Assembly: GCA_039096225.1 (NCBI GenBank)
Contig: JBBPEB010000005.1
Span: forward strand, 1,178,001 to 1,242,000
Direction: 5' to 3'
DNA from: Blastocystis sp. Blastoise
Taxonomy: Eukaryota > Protista > Bigyra: Opalinata
Length of the DNA stretch: 64,000 nucleotides
In this document: one piece after another, positions 30,116 through 52,854 of the stretch
Numbering within the stretch: the stretch's first letter is position 1
Layout of the letters: each line of letters begins with the position of its first letter
Translations under genes and position numbers: made by a program
Notes under the pieces: model-generated
Databases searched by the model: none
Seen by the model: the letters and a program-made list of their open reading frames with translations, nothing else
What the model was told of the DNA's origin: nothing

Positions 30116-33100
30116 ATGGATGGTGATGTTCTTAGTGTCATTTCTGATGAATCATCATTATCGATTCCAGTAAATCAATACCAAGGTATATACAATGGAA
30201 CACTGCTGAGGAGATATACAATGGTACCTTTATTTATAGTAAAATCACTTAATTACATTTTTTTTAGGAAGGTCATCCTTTATGGAAAAAACATTATATT
30301 CTTCTAACAAAAAGAAAAGAATTGATTCTATACAAGAATCAAATGAGTTTCAGTAATAATGATAAGCCGATCGGCGTCATTTATTTAAATTCCGATATTC
30401 AACTTCAAGTTCCTGCTCCCGATTGTGTATCTATATAACTAAGTATATGAAAAGATAATAGAAAGTCTAGGATGGATTTGAAAATACATTTTCAGTAGTC
30501 ATATCTAAAGTAGTTAATGGTGTTCTTAAAGTGAAAACGTGTACATTTGCATGTAAAGAAAAAGTAGAATCTGAGAGATGGATTTCATTACTCAAAGAAA
30601 TTATGTTCGCCGATGTATTTTTATTTGATGTTTTATGAAGTGATTTATTATATTTTTATTTATATATTTATATATATTTCTATTAATATTAATATTTTTA
30701 TTAATATTGATTATTAATATTAATAATATATAGAATGAAGATGAAATAGATCCAGAAATATATATAAAGGAATGTATAGAGGAAACAAATGAATTTTCGT
30801 TACCCATACAAATAGAAGAAGAAAATAGTAAGTGTTTTTATTGTACTTAGTAAGCAGTTTTTTGCTTTATTTAAACTATTATATATATTTATATATCAAT
30901 AATGATTCAAATTGAATTATAGTTCAGAATCCTATTCAGAAAACACTTGAATCAAAACAGAAAACATTAAATGAACCTCAAATCTATTCAGGTAGGTCTA
31001 TTATAAGTATTATTAATTTTTATATTATTTTTATGTTAAAAGAAATCAATATTTTTAAATACTATATATATAGGATCAAATAGACCACAGTTATCAAATT
31101 TTTCACTACATAATGTATCTTATTATTTCTTTTAAACATTAAATAATGATTATTAAATTCTATACATAGAATCAATCTTATCATAATAGTTCAATGGATC
31201 AAAATATAGATGATGATATAGATAGAATATCTATCTTTTCTGCTTCAAGTTCCCAGAATAGATTCTCAAATATAACTCCTTATTTACCTCTATATCATCC
31301 AAGATTAGAATCAATTTCATCTACAGATTCTGATAATGATTCTATTGAAAATGATATTCCCCAAAATTCTTTTCCTCAACCTACACAAAATATAAATCAC
31401 TATTCAGACAATATTCCTAATGTAGTTCAATCGGAAATAGTATCAACAAATAATACAACAACAGTATCAACTCCATTTCTTCCTTCTCAAATGAATCAAT
31501 ATAATCTTAATCCTTCAAAAACATCAGGTAATCCTTATATAAATAGTATCATGAGATCTTCTTCTAATACTCAAGATCTTCATTCAGATGAAATAAATCA
31601 AACATTAAATCCTTCTTATTCTAATACATCTCCTTCATCTTCTATTGTCTCTTCTACACAACAAAATAGTTTTAATTCTATTATTCCAAATTCTCATCAT
31701 TCAACTACATCCCTTCCTCCTCCTTCTATTTATTCTCAAAGTAAATCTTTACAAAATATTCCTTCGTTTATTCCTTCAATAAATAATAGTGAATTATTAA
31801 ATAATAATCAACAAATAAATAATAATCAATCATTCAATAATAATCAACAAATAAATGATAATCAACCAATAAATAATAATCAATCATTCAATAATAATCA
31901 ACAAATAAATAATAATCAATCATTCAATAATAATAAACCAATAAATAATAATCAATCATTCAATAATAATCAACAAATAAATAATAATAAACCAATAAAC
32001 AACATTCAATTATTAAATGATAATGGCTCTCTTCCCTCACCTACAGAGTCAGAACTACCTCCAATTCCCCCACCAAGACATTTCTCCTTCTCTTCACAAA
32101 GTACAGATTCATCGAAAGATAGTATTTCTCCATCTTCACAAGGTCGCCATAGATATTCTAATCGTATTAACAATTTATATGTATCTTATAATCCTAATGA
32201 CGATCCTAATAATACTATAAATCAGAACAGTATAGATAATAAAGAATTTGGAGAAGAAAAACAGAAGTATAATAATATAAATAGAGATAATAATCAAGAT
32301 TCTCAATTAACGAATAAAAATACAAATAAAAGTATATGTAAAGAGGAGTTAAGTCAATCAAAAGATCATATAACATCTTCAGTCTCTCTTCCATTCAATA
32401 AGAATACAAGTATTCGATCAATCTTTTCTGCTCCTCCTTCTAGAAATTCGACTTCAAATGTATTATTTGATACTATAGATATTGATACTAATCATGAAAA
32501 CTATGAAAGCGATCTTGTGTCTCTATTTGATAAATATAATAAACCATTGTATTTATATTGTTTTAAATTATATATATATTTATATTATTATTTACACTCA
32601 TACTTTTCTAGAAAATGAATTATTTTTACTTATTAATAAATAAATTATGCTCTTGTTTCCATTTATATATATATAATATAATATAATAATTTCTATATAT
32701 ATTATTTATAGGTATAATTTATTTATATTATATGCTAGTAGAGTTGATGTTTCAAGTCCTTCAACAAAAGAAATATCAAAAGAAAATATGACCCATTCAC
32801 CCACTATGCCTGCAGATAATTATTTATGGTTATGTAGAGATTTTGAAATAGTTCCTTATTTCTTAACGGAAGGGGATATTGGAGGGATTCTATCGAAATC
32901 GATAACAGTGAAAAGAGAAACAAAAAGAGATTTAAAAGAAGAATTAGAGTATGTTGGAATATATACACTATATATTATTTTTGTTAATGATAATTATTGT
33001 TGTTTCTATTTATGATAATTAATGTTGTTTATATTTATGAATCATTATATATAATAATATATGAATCATTATACATAATAATATATGAATCACTATGTAT

Positions 33101-33325
33101 ACATATATTTAAATTATCTATTGAATATATAGTTATGGAGGGTTTATTGATTGTTTAAGTAGATGTGCGTTAATTCTATATTCATCACCCTTATTTCAAT
33201 ATTTATATCCATCTCCTGGTATTAAAATATCTGTGTTCCTTGAAATGTGGGGATTAGTAAATCCTCAAGAGATCGATCGAGTTTCCACGAAACACAAACT
33301 TATTGGTGACCCAAAAGATGTTTAA
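30116..33325 (+). CDS. PH-domain protein with long Ser/Asn low-complexity middle and a helical C-terminal domain, 8 introns
   Basis: YNGTLLRR...LWKKHYI.L....L.LY...PIGVIYL...TFSV...CTFAC...ERWISLL fits a PH fold. C-terminal segment LWLCRDFEIVPYFL...YGGFIDCLSRCAL. Confidence 0.75.
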
Positions 33326-33468
33326 ATTTTTATTTAATTCTATTATTCTTTTTATTTATACGATATATGTTTCATAATATCATTTTTTTTTGTTTTGAAA
33401 TTATTAAATGATATAATTTGTAAATAAACAACAGATTACTACTAACAATCTATATAAATAAGAAAAAT

Positions 33469-35928
<2,460 letters not shown>

Positions 35929-36866
35929 AATTACTCAAAAAAGAACGGCAAGATAAGAATGAGGGAACAAAATAAAGAAACACTTTTTGTTTCTTATTTC
36001 TTCTGAAATTGTGTTTTCATTTCATTTACAAAAAACGAGAATTGTCTAAGTTAAAGATAGATATATTGATTATAATTATTTGTTTTATACTATTTATCTG
36101 GATTAGGAAAAATATATATAAGAGATAAATGATGTCTCAAAAAAAAACATGTTCATCGTCACATTGGTTGTTGTTTTATTCTGTATATATTTATTATATT
36201 AATTTTTAATATGAGGTAGTTATATTTAGAACAATATTAATTCTATTCTTCAAGAATAAAAATCACAATTCTCCAAAGAGTTCGATAAACACTTTATTTA
36301 TTTTATTTTACTGTTGCACAGTGATGAATATAGTGTTAACTTTTTATTAAATAAAAATATATTCTGATTATCTGTGATATCAATTGATTCTTTTTTAAGA
36401 TGGACAAAAAAATAATAATTATGGAAGAGAAGATAGATCTATTTTTCAAATAAACTTCTTTATATATAATGGCAATGCTTGTAAAGAGTTAAGTTGATAT
36501 TATGAAAAGATATATTGAAAATAGCTTTTTATGTCTATATATATTAGTTTTTTTATCGAAATAATTATTATCATTATTGATAATTAAGAATGATTAATTG
36601 ATAACATGTATGAGATTCATAATATAAAGAATACTATTTATAATATATTTATTTTTTGAAAATTTTAGAATGTTTTTGAAAATGTGTTGAATTGTGTATA
36701 ATAATTGAATATCGAAACTACTTATGAATAATGAATATATATATATATATATAAAATGATAATTCGTATTATAATAAACAGTTTAGAATGGAAAAAGGAA
36801 TTTAAAAAAATTTGAAAATGGAAAATAAAAAAAATTATTTAATAATAGTTGAATTTTTTAATACAG

Positions 36867-40054
<3,188 letters not shown>

Positions 40055-41680
40055 TTATGTTGATTAAAACCACAAAAATATAAAGTTCGTAAATTAAAAT
40101 AAATAAATCTAAACATCCTGTAAAAACCATTTTCATTATATCCTCAAGCCATCCAATATCTTTTCTTATGCGATCTTGGTCTTTAACTGCTAATCGAATA
40201 AGTATTCGGTTCAAGAATTGTGGTCGAAATCAATGAAATAATAAAAAAAAAGAAAAAACAAAAGAAATCAAGTAGTTTTCAGACATTTTCAGTATATGGC
40301 AGTTGCTCAGTGAATGTTGTTTTGATAATTGTATGGTTCAAAATGAATCTCTTAGAAATACTCATTTTTGATTCGTTAATCAGTTTTGCTATGTAACGCG
40401 CATCTCCTCATTCTCAATTTTGCTTGTTTTTTACAAAAGTTCCATGGATTTTACTTATGGAATGTTCCATAACATTCATTTTTCTATTATAGATCTGTTC
40501 AAATGATGATGAGATATCTTGAAAAAACATATATCTTTATGAAATATATGTTTAAATATTTGTTGATAGAATTCAATAATGGGAATTGAAAGTAGTGATT
40601 GTTTAATGAATAACGAAAATTATTGTTTATTAGCTACTAATTGATGAAGAATAAAGGAACAATCTTATGAGAAAAAATAATATTGTATTATTCATAAAAA
40701 ACGATAATTTAAAAATTTTTTTAGTTATTGAAATAATCTTTATATTATATTATTTGAAACATAATATAAATAGATAAAACAAGTTGATGATATCCTAAAA
40801 AACAGTTACTGATGATGTGAAATGTATGATTAATTTTTTCTATAATATTCATATATAAAGAATATATATACTTTTCATAATCCGTTATATAGATTTACAC
40901 AGTATTGAATGAACTTACTTATTATAGTAATAATAATTAAGATTTGATAAAACTATTAATTTGAGTATTATAGATATTAAAAGATGTTATAAATTACAAT
41001 TCTGATTAAGAATCAGTGTAGAAACAATCTGATAATTAAGACTTGCTATATATTTATATAAGTATATGTATTAATCCCATAATCTGTTTGAAAGCTTCAT
41101 GATTATATATTATAGATAAATAAATTTAATAAAAAATTATTTATTTCATTATATCTTATTCGGAAATCATATAAAAGAATGTATTCTAAAAATATATCAT
41201 TCTAAAGAATAGGAATCAAGCTGAACATAAGATAATCATTCTAATTAAAATATACCAATCATTTATAGTTTAATAAAACGAAGAATATGAATAGACTTTT
41301 CAATTGATCCTTTTCTATCTATGAGAATGAAAAATAAACATTATATTCCGATTATGAATCATATGAAAATAGTTGATAAACAGTCACAATTGATTAAAAG
41401 GGATAATTGATTTGAAAAATAATGCCCTATATCTTTTATAATATATTTATAATAATCTAGATATGTATACAACTTTAAATAGAACTATTTCAGAAATCTG
41501 AGGATCATACATTTCATCATAACAAATAAAACAAATAAAAATAAGAATGAGTCATTATTTCCATGATTTATTATCAATATGTACTTGATTTCTGTTATTT
41601 TTTTAGAAATACACATTTTTCCTTTTTTAATTTGATTTTTCTTTTTATTTTGTTTTATATTTCTTCAAAAAGTTGTCGTC

Positions 41681-42771
41681 ATGAATAATATTCCTAAGCC
41701 ATTAGCAAAAGACCTTCGATTCAATTTTATATATGAGTATTGTGTTACCATTGTTTTTTGTGTTTTATCTTTCGTACCTGATATGTTTGATCCAAATTAT
41801 CAAGAGTTTATAGAGCAAGATATCTCTATTTCACATTCATATACTGATGATGTCTCGTATTTCTGTCGTAATATGTTGTTTTTTAATATTTATTTTTAGA
41901 TCTATATGGTTTTATGTTGCATATTTTGTTCCTTTACTGATTTGTACCATTCTTGTTGTTATATTCGATACTCATTCCAAATGGATGGTATATTATTGTT
42001 TATTTCTCTTTCAATTTAATGAGAATTCTTGATATTGACATATATATTCATGATACACGTTTTTATAGTATTTCAATGTGACCTGTGTTCTTTCGTTGAA
42101 GAATTTGTTTTTAGTAAAATTAGTTTGTGGTATTTTACAGAATTTCTTCGGCAGACCTCGTCCTAATGCATTCGCTATGTGTGGGTAAATGATATTTGAT
42201 AATTATTCTATAAAAATAATAATAATTATTTTTTTTTAAATATGTAAACTAAAGTTTCTATTGATATATTATAAATATGTATATATATAGATATACAAAA
42301 GATTCAGGATCAGCCCTTCATGTATATGGATATCCAGGTAGAGTTGCTTCTATTGACAACTGTAAACAATCTGTAAATATATATAGTAATATAATTATTA
42401 TAGTAGTATTATAGAAATATTTTATTTATTTATATATATTCTTTTGTTATATAATAATACCAAGTTATATAGAATCATTAATATTATTTCTAATAATAAA
42501 TATATAATAAGTTCTCCAAATGATATTATTCATTTTTATATTGATAATTCTAATATATATATAAATATATAATTATTTTGTGATTCTAATAATACATTAA
42601 TTATATATATATATATAGATTTCTTTGATACGTGCAGCATTTCGTTCATTTCCTTCTTCCTACGCTGCCTTAGGGATGGCTGGCGCTGTATTAAGTATTT
42701 TACTTCTCTCTCAATTCTCCGTTGTATTTGAATTATATAATCGTTATTTCCTTAAGGTATATATATATATA

Positions 42772-42802
<31 letters not shown>

Positions 42803-43296
42803 TTCTATAATAATATATATATATGTATTATTATTTAAAAATTCTCTAGGTTTTCCGTTTCTTTTTATTTGCGATTATTTTAGTTATTCCCATTCGTGTT
42901 TCTGTTATTCTTACAGTATATATATTATTCATATTATACATATATATTTTAATTTTAATTATAATAATAATATAATAAACATAAAAATAAATATATTAAA
43001 CAAGTAATAAACATAATAAACATAATAATAAATATAAAAATAAATAATAAATATAATAAACATAATAATAAATATAATAAACATAATAATAAATATAATA
43101 ATATATATAGGAGCATAATATGAATTTTACTGATGATATTTTGGCTGGTTTTCTTATCGGTATTTGTATTTCATATTTTACCGTGAAACAGTATTACACG
43201 AACACAACGTCTCTTTATATGCCTTTACGTCAATCTATTAATATGCCCGATATTGAAGTTCATAATATTCATGTACCCAAAGATAATAAATTATAA
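41681..43296 (+). CDS. PAP2/lipid phosphate phosphatase family protein with degenerate catalytic motifs, 6 introns
   Basis: DISISHSY; QNFFGRPRP (C1); RSFPSSY (C2); ILTEHNMNFTDDILAGFLIG (C3). Confidence 0.85.
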
Positions 43297-44266
43297 ATAT
43301 AATATATTATATAATGTTATTTAATATTATATTATTAACATATATATGATTCTATCCTTATTTTTAAATAAATTAAAACCAATTTTTTTTCTATTTGTTA
43401 TTTTTTTAAATATATTTCTTATTCCCTATATATATTCCATTTTTTGTATATAAATTTTATAATTCACATTTTCAACAATCATATCCTATTACATATATAT
43501 ATAATTCTTATTATATATGTTTTTTTTATACACATTAATTTGTATATATATTATTTCACTATATATGTTTTCCCATAAACAATGTTTTCATATATATTCT
43601 TCTATATATTAAAATAAAAAAAAGAATACTTCAACAATCGTTTATTTAAATATTTCATGATTATATATATATATACTTTCTATATCATTATGTTTATTAT
43701 ATAAATTAAAATATATTTCATTTTCATTATCAATATATGATAATAAACAGTTTACGATGTAATCTTAAACTATAAATATCTCCTTCATATCGAATATATA
43801 CATATATTTATCATACATATTTTGAAAATAAAATAAAAATACTATTGATTATTATAATTTAAATACAATTATTTTCTTTTCATATACTTTATAAATTATT
43901 TTTCTAAATATATTTCTAAACTATGAAAAAAAGATATAAAAAAAATTAAAAAAAAAAAATTTGGAACATTGTTTCTCTTATAATGATTCTATATTTGTCA
44001 TTATGACACAAAAGATAATCCAATCATTTTCTATTTGTTGATTTAAAAAAAGTTAAAAACCTATTTTGTTTTCAATCAATTAAATAATTATGAACTGATT
44101 GGATTTTAACAATTCTTCGTCATTCAATAATTATCCAATAAAATTCTCCTTTTAAAATGAGATTCAATCTGAGATCAAGAAAATGGTAACTTTATATCTT
44201 TTCTTTTTAGTTTATGTTCTTCTTTTTTTACATATTTTTTTTTATTGTTTTATTGTTGTATAAAAC

Positions 44267-45605
44267 ATGAAATTCGTTTTTGTTGTTTGCTTTATTGCTA
44301 CTGTCTTTGCATTAGATAATGGTTTAGCCCTCACTCCTCCCATGGTATGGCTATCCATTTTATTAAATATGTTCTAAGATCTTATTTTGACTTTAGAATC
44401 ACTAATATGAAATAATATACATAGGGTTGGATGCCTTGGGAATGGAATCGTTGTACTGTTGATTGTAAGAATCACCCAGATAGTTGTATATCTGAAAAGT
44501 TATTTATGGATGTAGCTGATGTTATGGCTAGAGATGGATATCTTGATGCTGGTTACAATGTATATATTGAGTCATTCTAAAACAAAAAAAAATAAGAATT
44601 AATTAAAAAAATTAATATTTATAGCGTATTAATATTGATGATTGTTGGGCTACTCATGAAAGAGATGCTGATCATACTCTTGTTGCTGATCCTGAACGAT
44701 TCCCTCATGGTATGAAGGCATTAGGTGATTATATTCATAGTAAAAATATTTATTTTGGTATTTATAATGACTTTGGTACTCTTACCTGTGAAGGATATCC
44801 TGGTTCTGAAGGTTATTTGATTAAAGATGCTCAAACTTTTGCTTCATGGGGTGTAGATGCTTTAAAAATGGATGGTTGTTATTCTCAAGTTTTAGATCAT
44901 CCTGATGCTTATCCTGGAATGTCTTATTTCTTAAATGCTACAGGTCGTCCTATTTTATTTTCTTGTTCTTGGCCTGCTTATGCCGGTGCTAAAGATAATT
45001 ATCATTATTATGAATTACTTCGTAAACATTGTAATTTATGGAGAAATTATAATGATATTCGTGCTACTTGGGCTTCTATTCATGATATTATGAAAATGTT
45101 TGGTGATCTTCCTTATTGGCGTCAATTTGCTGGTCCTGGTCATTGGAATGATCCTGATATGATTGTTATTGGTATGGAAAATGGATTAAATGAACAAGAA
45201 TCTAGATCTCAATTAGCTATTTGGTCTATTCTTGCTGCTCCTCTATATATGACAAATAATATTCGAAATATTACTTCTTGGGCAAAGGAAATTCTTCTTA
45301 ATAAGGAAGTTATTGCTATCGATCAAGATCCTTTAGGTCAACAAGGTTATAGATTAACAGGTGATATTGCTGCTCAAGTCTGGATTCGTGAATTAGTTAA
45401 TGGTGAATATGCTATTGCTCTTCTAAATAACTCTGATAAACCTATTGATATCTCTGCTAAATTTGCCGATTTCTCTAAAGAAGAATCATTTGTACTTCGT
45501 GATCTTTGGAATCATAAAGACTTAGGTCTTTTCAAAGAATCTTTCGAACAAAAGAATATTGATCCCCATGATACCTATATTGTTCGTGCTGTTCCTCAAA
45601 AGTAA
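44267..45605 (+). CDS. NAGA: GH27 alpha-N-acetylgalactosaminidase-like, secreted, 2 introns
   Basis: Signal peptide plus LDNGLALTPPMGW, INIDDCW, LKMDGC (nucleophile), CNLWRNYND and WNDPDM. SCSWPAY is the NAGA-type form; alpha-Gal A has SCEWPLY. Confidence 0.9.
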
Positions 45606-46229
45606 TTTGATTTTATTTAAGAGAGAATTATTCGTTTTCATTTTTTTGTTTTGTTAATTAAATAAGAGATGATAAGGAATGACGAAGAGATCTCGTTTGT
45701 TATATCATATAAATAAAAAAAACTATGAAAAAAAGGAAAAGAAGTAGATATGATTACGAGAATTTTCTAGAAAATGAGAAATTGTGTTGTAAATGAATAC
45801 AAGGAATAAAAAAACGTATTAATAAAGGATATATACATTAAAAAGTGTTAGTTAATCAGAAAATAGTATAGAAACTATGAAGTTCAAATGAAATTGATGA
45901 TTGTTTTATAAATAAATACACTTGTTATCAAGAAAGGAAATCATAATTGAATAATTATTGCCTTATCAGCAAGGAAATAACCTTTAATGAATTAATACAA
46001 CAAATCAACGATTATTCTTTTCTGTTCCAGTGTTATTTTATAAAATTTTGTGTTTAATAAAAATGAGATGATTCAACATTTTTAAAACTATGATAATTAT
46101 AACTTTTCTTGTCAAAAAATCGGAAATCACTATACAGAAAATGATAACTTTAATTTTTTTTATATATATCTTTAGAAAATCTTAGGTTACCTCTATTTAA
46201 TTTTTGATTTTAATATAAAAAACTAAAAT

Positions 46230-46944
46230 ATGTCTGGTGCTGAACCTTCAGATAATAACGGTATTATTGAACTTGCTCCTGAAGTCGATCAAGCTTTGAA
46301 AGATATTTTACATACTGATGATGTTCTTGACTCTACTCAATTTGATCCAATTGCTTACATTAATGAACAAATATCCTTTTTTTATTTGAATGAAATTAAA
46401 TCGTATTTAGTTGATGTATACATATTAATATATATCTATTTATGATAATTATATTCATGAAAAGTAAATCTTATTATCCTATTTTTCTTAATTTTTCGTT
46501 TACTTCCCTGATGAAATGTCTCTTTCTAAATTACAACCTTACTCGATGTCTCTTAAAGAAAAAATTGTTAAGTTAGATCAACAAATCTTAGAAACTGTAC
46601 GTGATCAATCTTCAGCAAGTCGTGATGCTGAACAAGACTTAAAAGATGCTAAAGAAACAATTACTGAGTTATTTAAAAAAATTGTTGAAATTAAAGAAAA
46701 AGCAGGTAATTCTGAAGAATTAGTTCAAATTATTTGCAAGGATATATCTAAATTAGATATAGCTAAAAAGAATTTGACTGAAAGTTTAAATAGCCTTGCA
46801 AAATTACAAATGTATATATATATATATATATATTATTTATTATTATTTATATTATTTATATTATTTATATTATTTATTATTATTAGATAATATATATGAA
46901 TAGGATTTATTGTTATTATATAATATATATATATTTATTGTTAT

Positions 46945-46984
<40 letters not shown>

Positions 46985-48744
46985 TATTATTTAATTAATA
47001 TATATATATAGGTATATGTCTTCTCTTGATGCTATTGAACCTCTTGCGAACACAAAGAAATACTATTCTGCTTCTACTTATATGGGAGTTATTATGCAAT
47101 TATATAGTTATTTTGAAAAATATAATAATATTGAAATGGTATATAAACATATTGATTATTATATATATATATATATTTAATAAAATATATTGATTTTTAA
47201 TGTTTTTGTGTATATTCTATTCTATTTATAATTTATCTTCTAATTCCCGTGATTATTCTTAGATTAAACAAACTCAGCAACGTGTCAATACAATCCGAGA
47301 TACTTACTGTACAAATATATTTAATGATTTTTCAATTATTGATGATTTGGCGTACACGTGGGGACGAATGGGGGATCAGGAGGAACCCGAAGATGACGAA
47401 GATGAAGAAATTATTACGAAGAGTAGCTTAAAAGCTGCTTGTAAGGTATATATTGTATTGCTTATTTATTATATTTATTAATATATTATATTATATTATA
47501 ATTATTATATTCTATTTATTATATTATAATTATTATACTATATATATATAGATAATAGATTCCTTAGGTATAGATACCCGTAATCGTTTAATAAAATCAA
47601 TATGTAAAAAGATGATGGACAGTTATGATAGTTTATTTGGGTATGAAACAAAAGGGGGCAGTTTAGATCAAATAGATAGACGATATACCTGGTTCTGGAA
47701 CCTTATGAGCGAGTATATATATATATAGTATTATTATTATTATTATTATTATGATTATTATGATTATTATGATTATTATTATGATTATTATTATGATTAT
47801 TATTATGATTATTATGTTTTATATATATATATATTCATTTTGATATAATATATATATATTTAATATCAAATATATACATTCAATATATCTATAACTTTAT
47901 CTATAAATGTAGTTATGAAGAGAAATATCAGAAGATATATCCTACTTATTGGTATTTACAAGAGAATTTATGTATATATTTCTGTGAGCACACCAAAGAA
48001 AGCTTAGTTGATTTATTATATAAAACTATATATAATGAAAATGGATCAAATAATAATAAGGATTATAGTGGTGCTGTTGTTAGTGGAATGAGAAAAACAC
48101 TTCAATTTGAAAGAGTATATATTATTATTATTATTAGCTTATATATATATTTTATATTTTTAATATGCTTTTTCTAGTATACCATAATTCTATTATATTC
48201 TGTATAATGATATATAAATGATTATTATTATTATATATATAGGAATTAGTGACTAAATATGATTTAGGTCCTAATAATATTGCAGATATAGGCTATACTT
48301 GTGAATATACTGAAGAAGGAGCAGTAGTAGATGGTAACAGCAAGAGTGCTGTTGTTATGAAATATGAACGACTGAAGAAACAAGTATATATAGTTATTAT
48401 TATTATTATTATGTTTATTATTATTATTATACTTATTATATTATATATAGGAAGAAAAGGAGCATTTGAAGGAGGAAGAGAAGAAGAAAGCAATCCAAGA
48501 AGGAAGAGTTTATCAAGATGTTCTTTCAACATTACCTGCTATTTTAGGTTCGATTTCTTCATGCTTTGAACCTTATTTGAATATGTATATTACTAATGAA
48601 AAGACTATGTTAGAGAAATTGATTCAAAAATCGACGAAAGATGATGATATTGAAGGTAATGGACAAGTACCTATATTAACCAGTGTTATACAATTATTCC
48701 AATATTTTAAAGTATATATAGTTATTATATGTATTATTATTATG

Positions 48745-48783
<39 letters not shown>

Positions 48784-48842
48784 ATGCTATTGCACGTTGT
48801 ACGACTCTTTCAACAGGGCAAATTATGTTCTCTTTATATAAG

Positions 48843-48875
<33 letters not shown>

Positions 48876-48993
48876 CTTAATGATTATACTATTTATTTTA
48901 CAGTGAGTTTAAGACTGGTATTAAGAAATATGCAGAAGCTATTAATCAAAAGATTGTAAGAACTAAAGGAAAAGATAGCTGTATATATATATA

Positions 48994-49036
<43 letters not shown>

Positions 49037-49484
49037 GTTGGTCAAGAAGTATATAAAATTAAGAAACAGAAGGATAGAGATTATATATGTTATGTGTATA
49101 TATAACTATATATATAATATATAATATATAATAATATTATGTTATATATAGTATAAATACATGTGTATATATGATTGATAACATGACAATGTTAGAGAAT
49201 TTAATAAAGAAATATATAAATAAAGATATAGCTGCTTCAATAGTGATTCAAAAGGAGTTATCGGAGAGTTATTATGATACTATTAGTCAATCTATATATA
49301 TATTAATGTCCATAGAATATAGTAAGATAGAAGGATATTTATATAGTATGACGTCACTCAATCTATATACCATTCAAGAAGTAGGAGATACTAGCCGTAT
49401 ATATATTGTTATATTATATTTATTATTATATATTATGTATTATTATTATATTTATTATTATTATTATATTTATTATTATTATTA

Positions 49485-49567
<83 letters not shown>

Positions 49568-49771
49568 ATCTTTATTATTATTATTCATTTAATAATATAG
49601 CTTATGTAAAACAAATTGAGTCTGTTTTAATTGAAGAAATTCCTAGTATTAAAAACATTATTTCTCCAATTTATTTCCGTAATTTATGTGATAAATTATC
49701 ATTTAATTTCTTAAATAAATTTGTTGATTGTATTTATAAGTGTAAAAAAATTAATGATATTGGTGCTCAAC

Positions 49772-49813
<42 letters not shown>

Positions 49814-50050
49814 TATTATTATTATTATATGTATACTTTTATTATTGCTATTATTATACTTATTATTAAATAATATATATATATAGTTATATATGGATAT
49901 GCATGCGTTAAAGAATCTCTTCCTCAACCTCCCCGTCGTTGGATCACCAGATAGCTATACACCTACTTCCGCGTATATATATATATTATAAACTTATTAT
50001 TATACTTATTATTATACATATTATTATTATTATTATTATACATATTATAC

Positions 50051-50092
<42 letters not shown>

Positions 50093-50319
50093 GTTCTAAG
50101 CGTTTAATTTCCAAGAGTCTGAATAAGGCTGATCAAGTCTTAAAACTTATTTCTACTCCAACTGAATATATACCCATGTCATTCAAAGAAATTATGACAG
50201 ATGGTACGGAGGATGAACTTCTTAGTATACTTAATTTAAAGGGATGTACAAAGAAACAACGAATGGAATTACTTGAACAAATTGATTTCCCCGCGGAGAT
50301 TAATGATGATCAAAATTAA
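46230..50319 (+). CDS. VPS53: GARP/EARP complex subunit Vps53, 14 introns (first AT-AC, one apparent TT-AG)
   Basis: FDPIAYINEQ|FPDEMSLSKL; ICKDISKLDIAKKNLT; LDQIDRRYTWF; ISSCFEPYL..YI..E; GAQQLYMD. Confidence 0.95.
46371..46503 (+). other. U12-type AT-AC intron (phase 0), intron 1 of VPS53
   Basis: 5' end ATATCCTTTT; branch point TTTTTCTTAAT; ends GTTTAC|. Restores the conserved YINxxFP motif. Confidence 0.93.
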
Positions 50320-50674
50320 ATTTATTTGTATTGATTATTATTTGAAAAACTGGATTTATATGAATAATTATTTCTATGAATAATTCTTATGAATGTTTTT
50401 TTCAAAATTATTCATCTCTATATTTATTTGTATATATAATTTCAATGTGTTTATTTGTTGTATATGAATATATATATATATATTTAAAGTAATAAAGAAT
50501 AGTATATCTATTATTATTTATCAATTAATGAAGATATTTTGGTATACTATATAAATATAGTATATAAATAATAAAACTAAAGACTTGTGAAATGAATATA
50601 TTTATATTTAATTATATATAAAACAATAATGATAAAATCATATTTATATGTATATATAGATAAAAGAAAAGTAA

Positions 50675-52854
<2,180 letters not shown>

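Noticed and set aside
40055-41680. Hidden genes in long spacers (also 21547-22690 and 56800-58424)
   Set aside because: No convincing ORF with splice-site structure or recognisable motif; a small gene cannot be excluded without RNA-seq.
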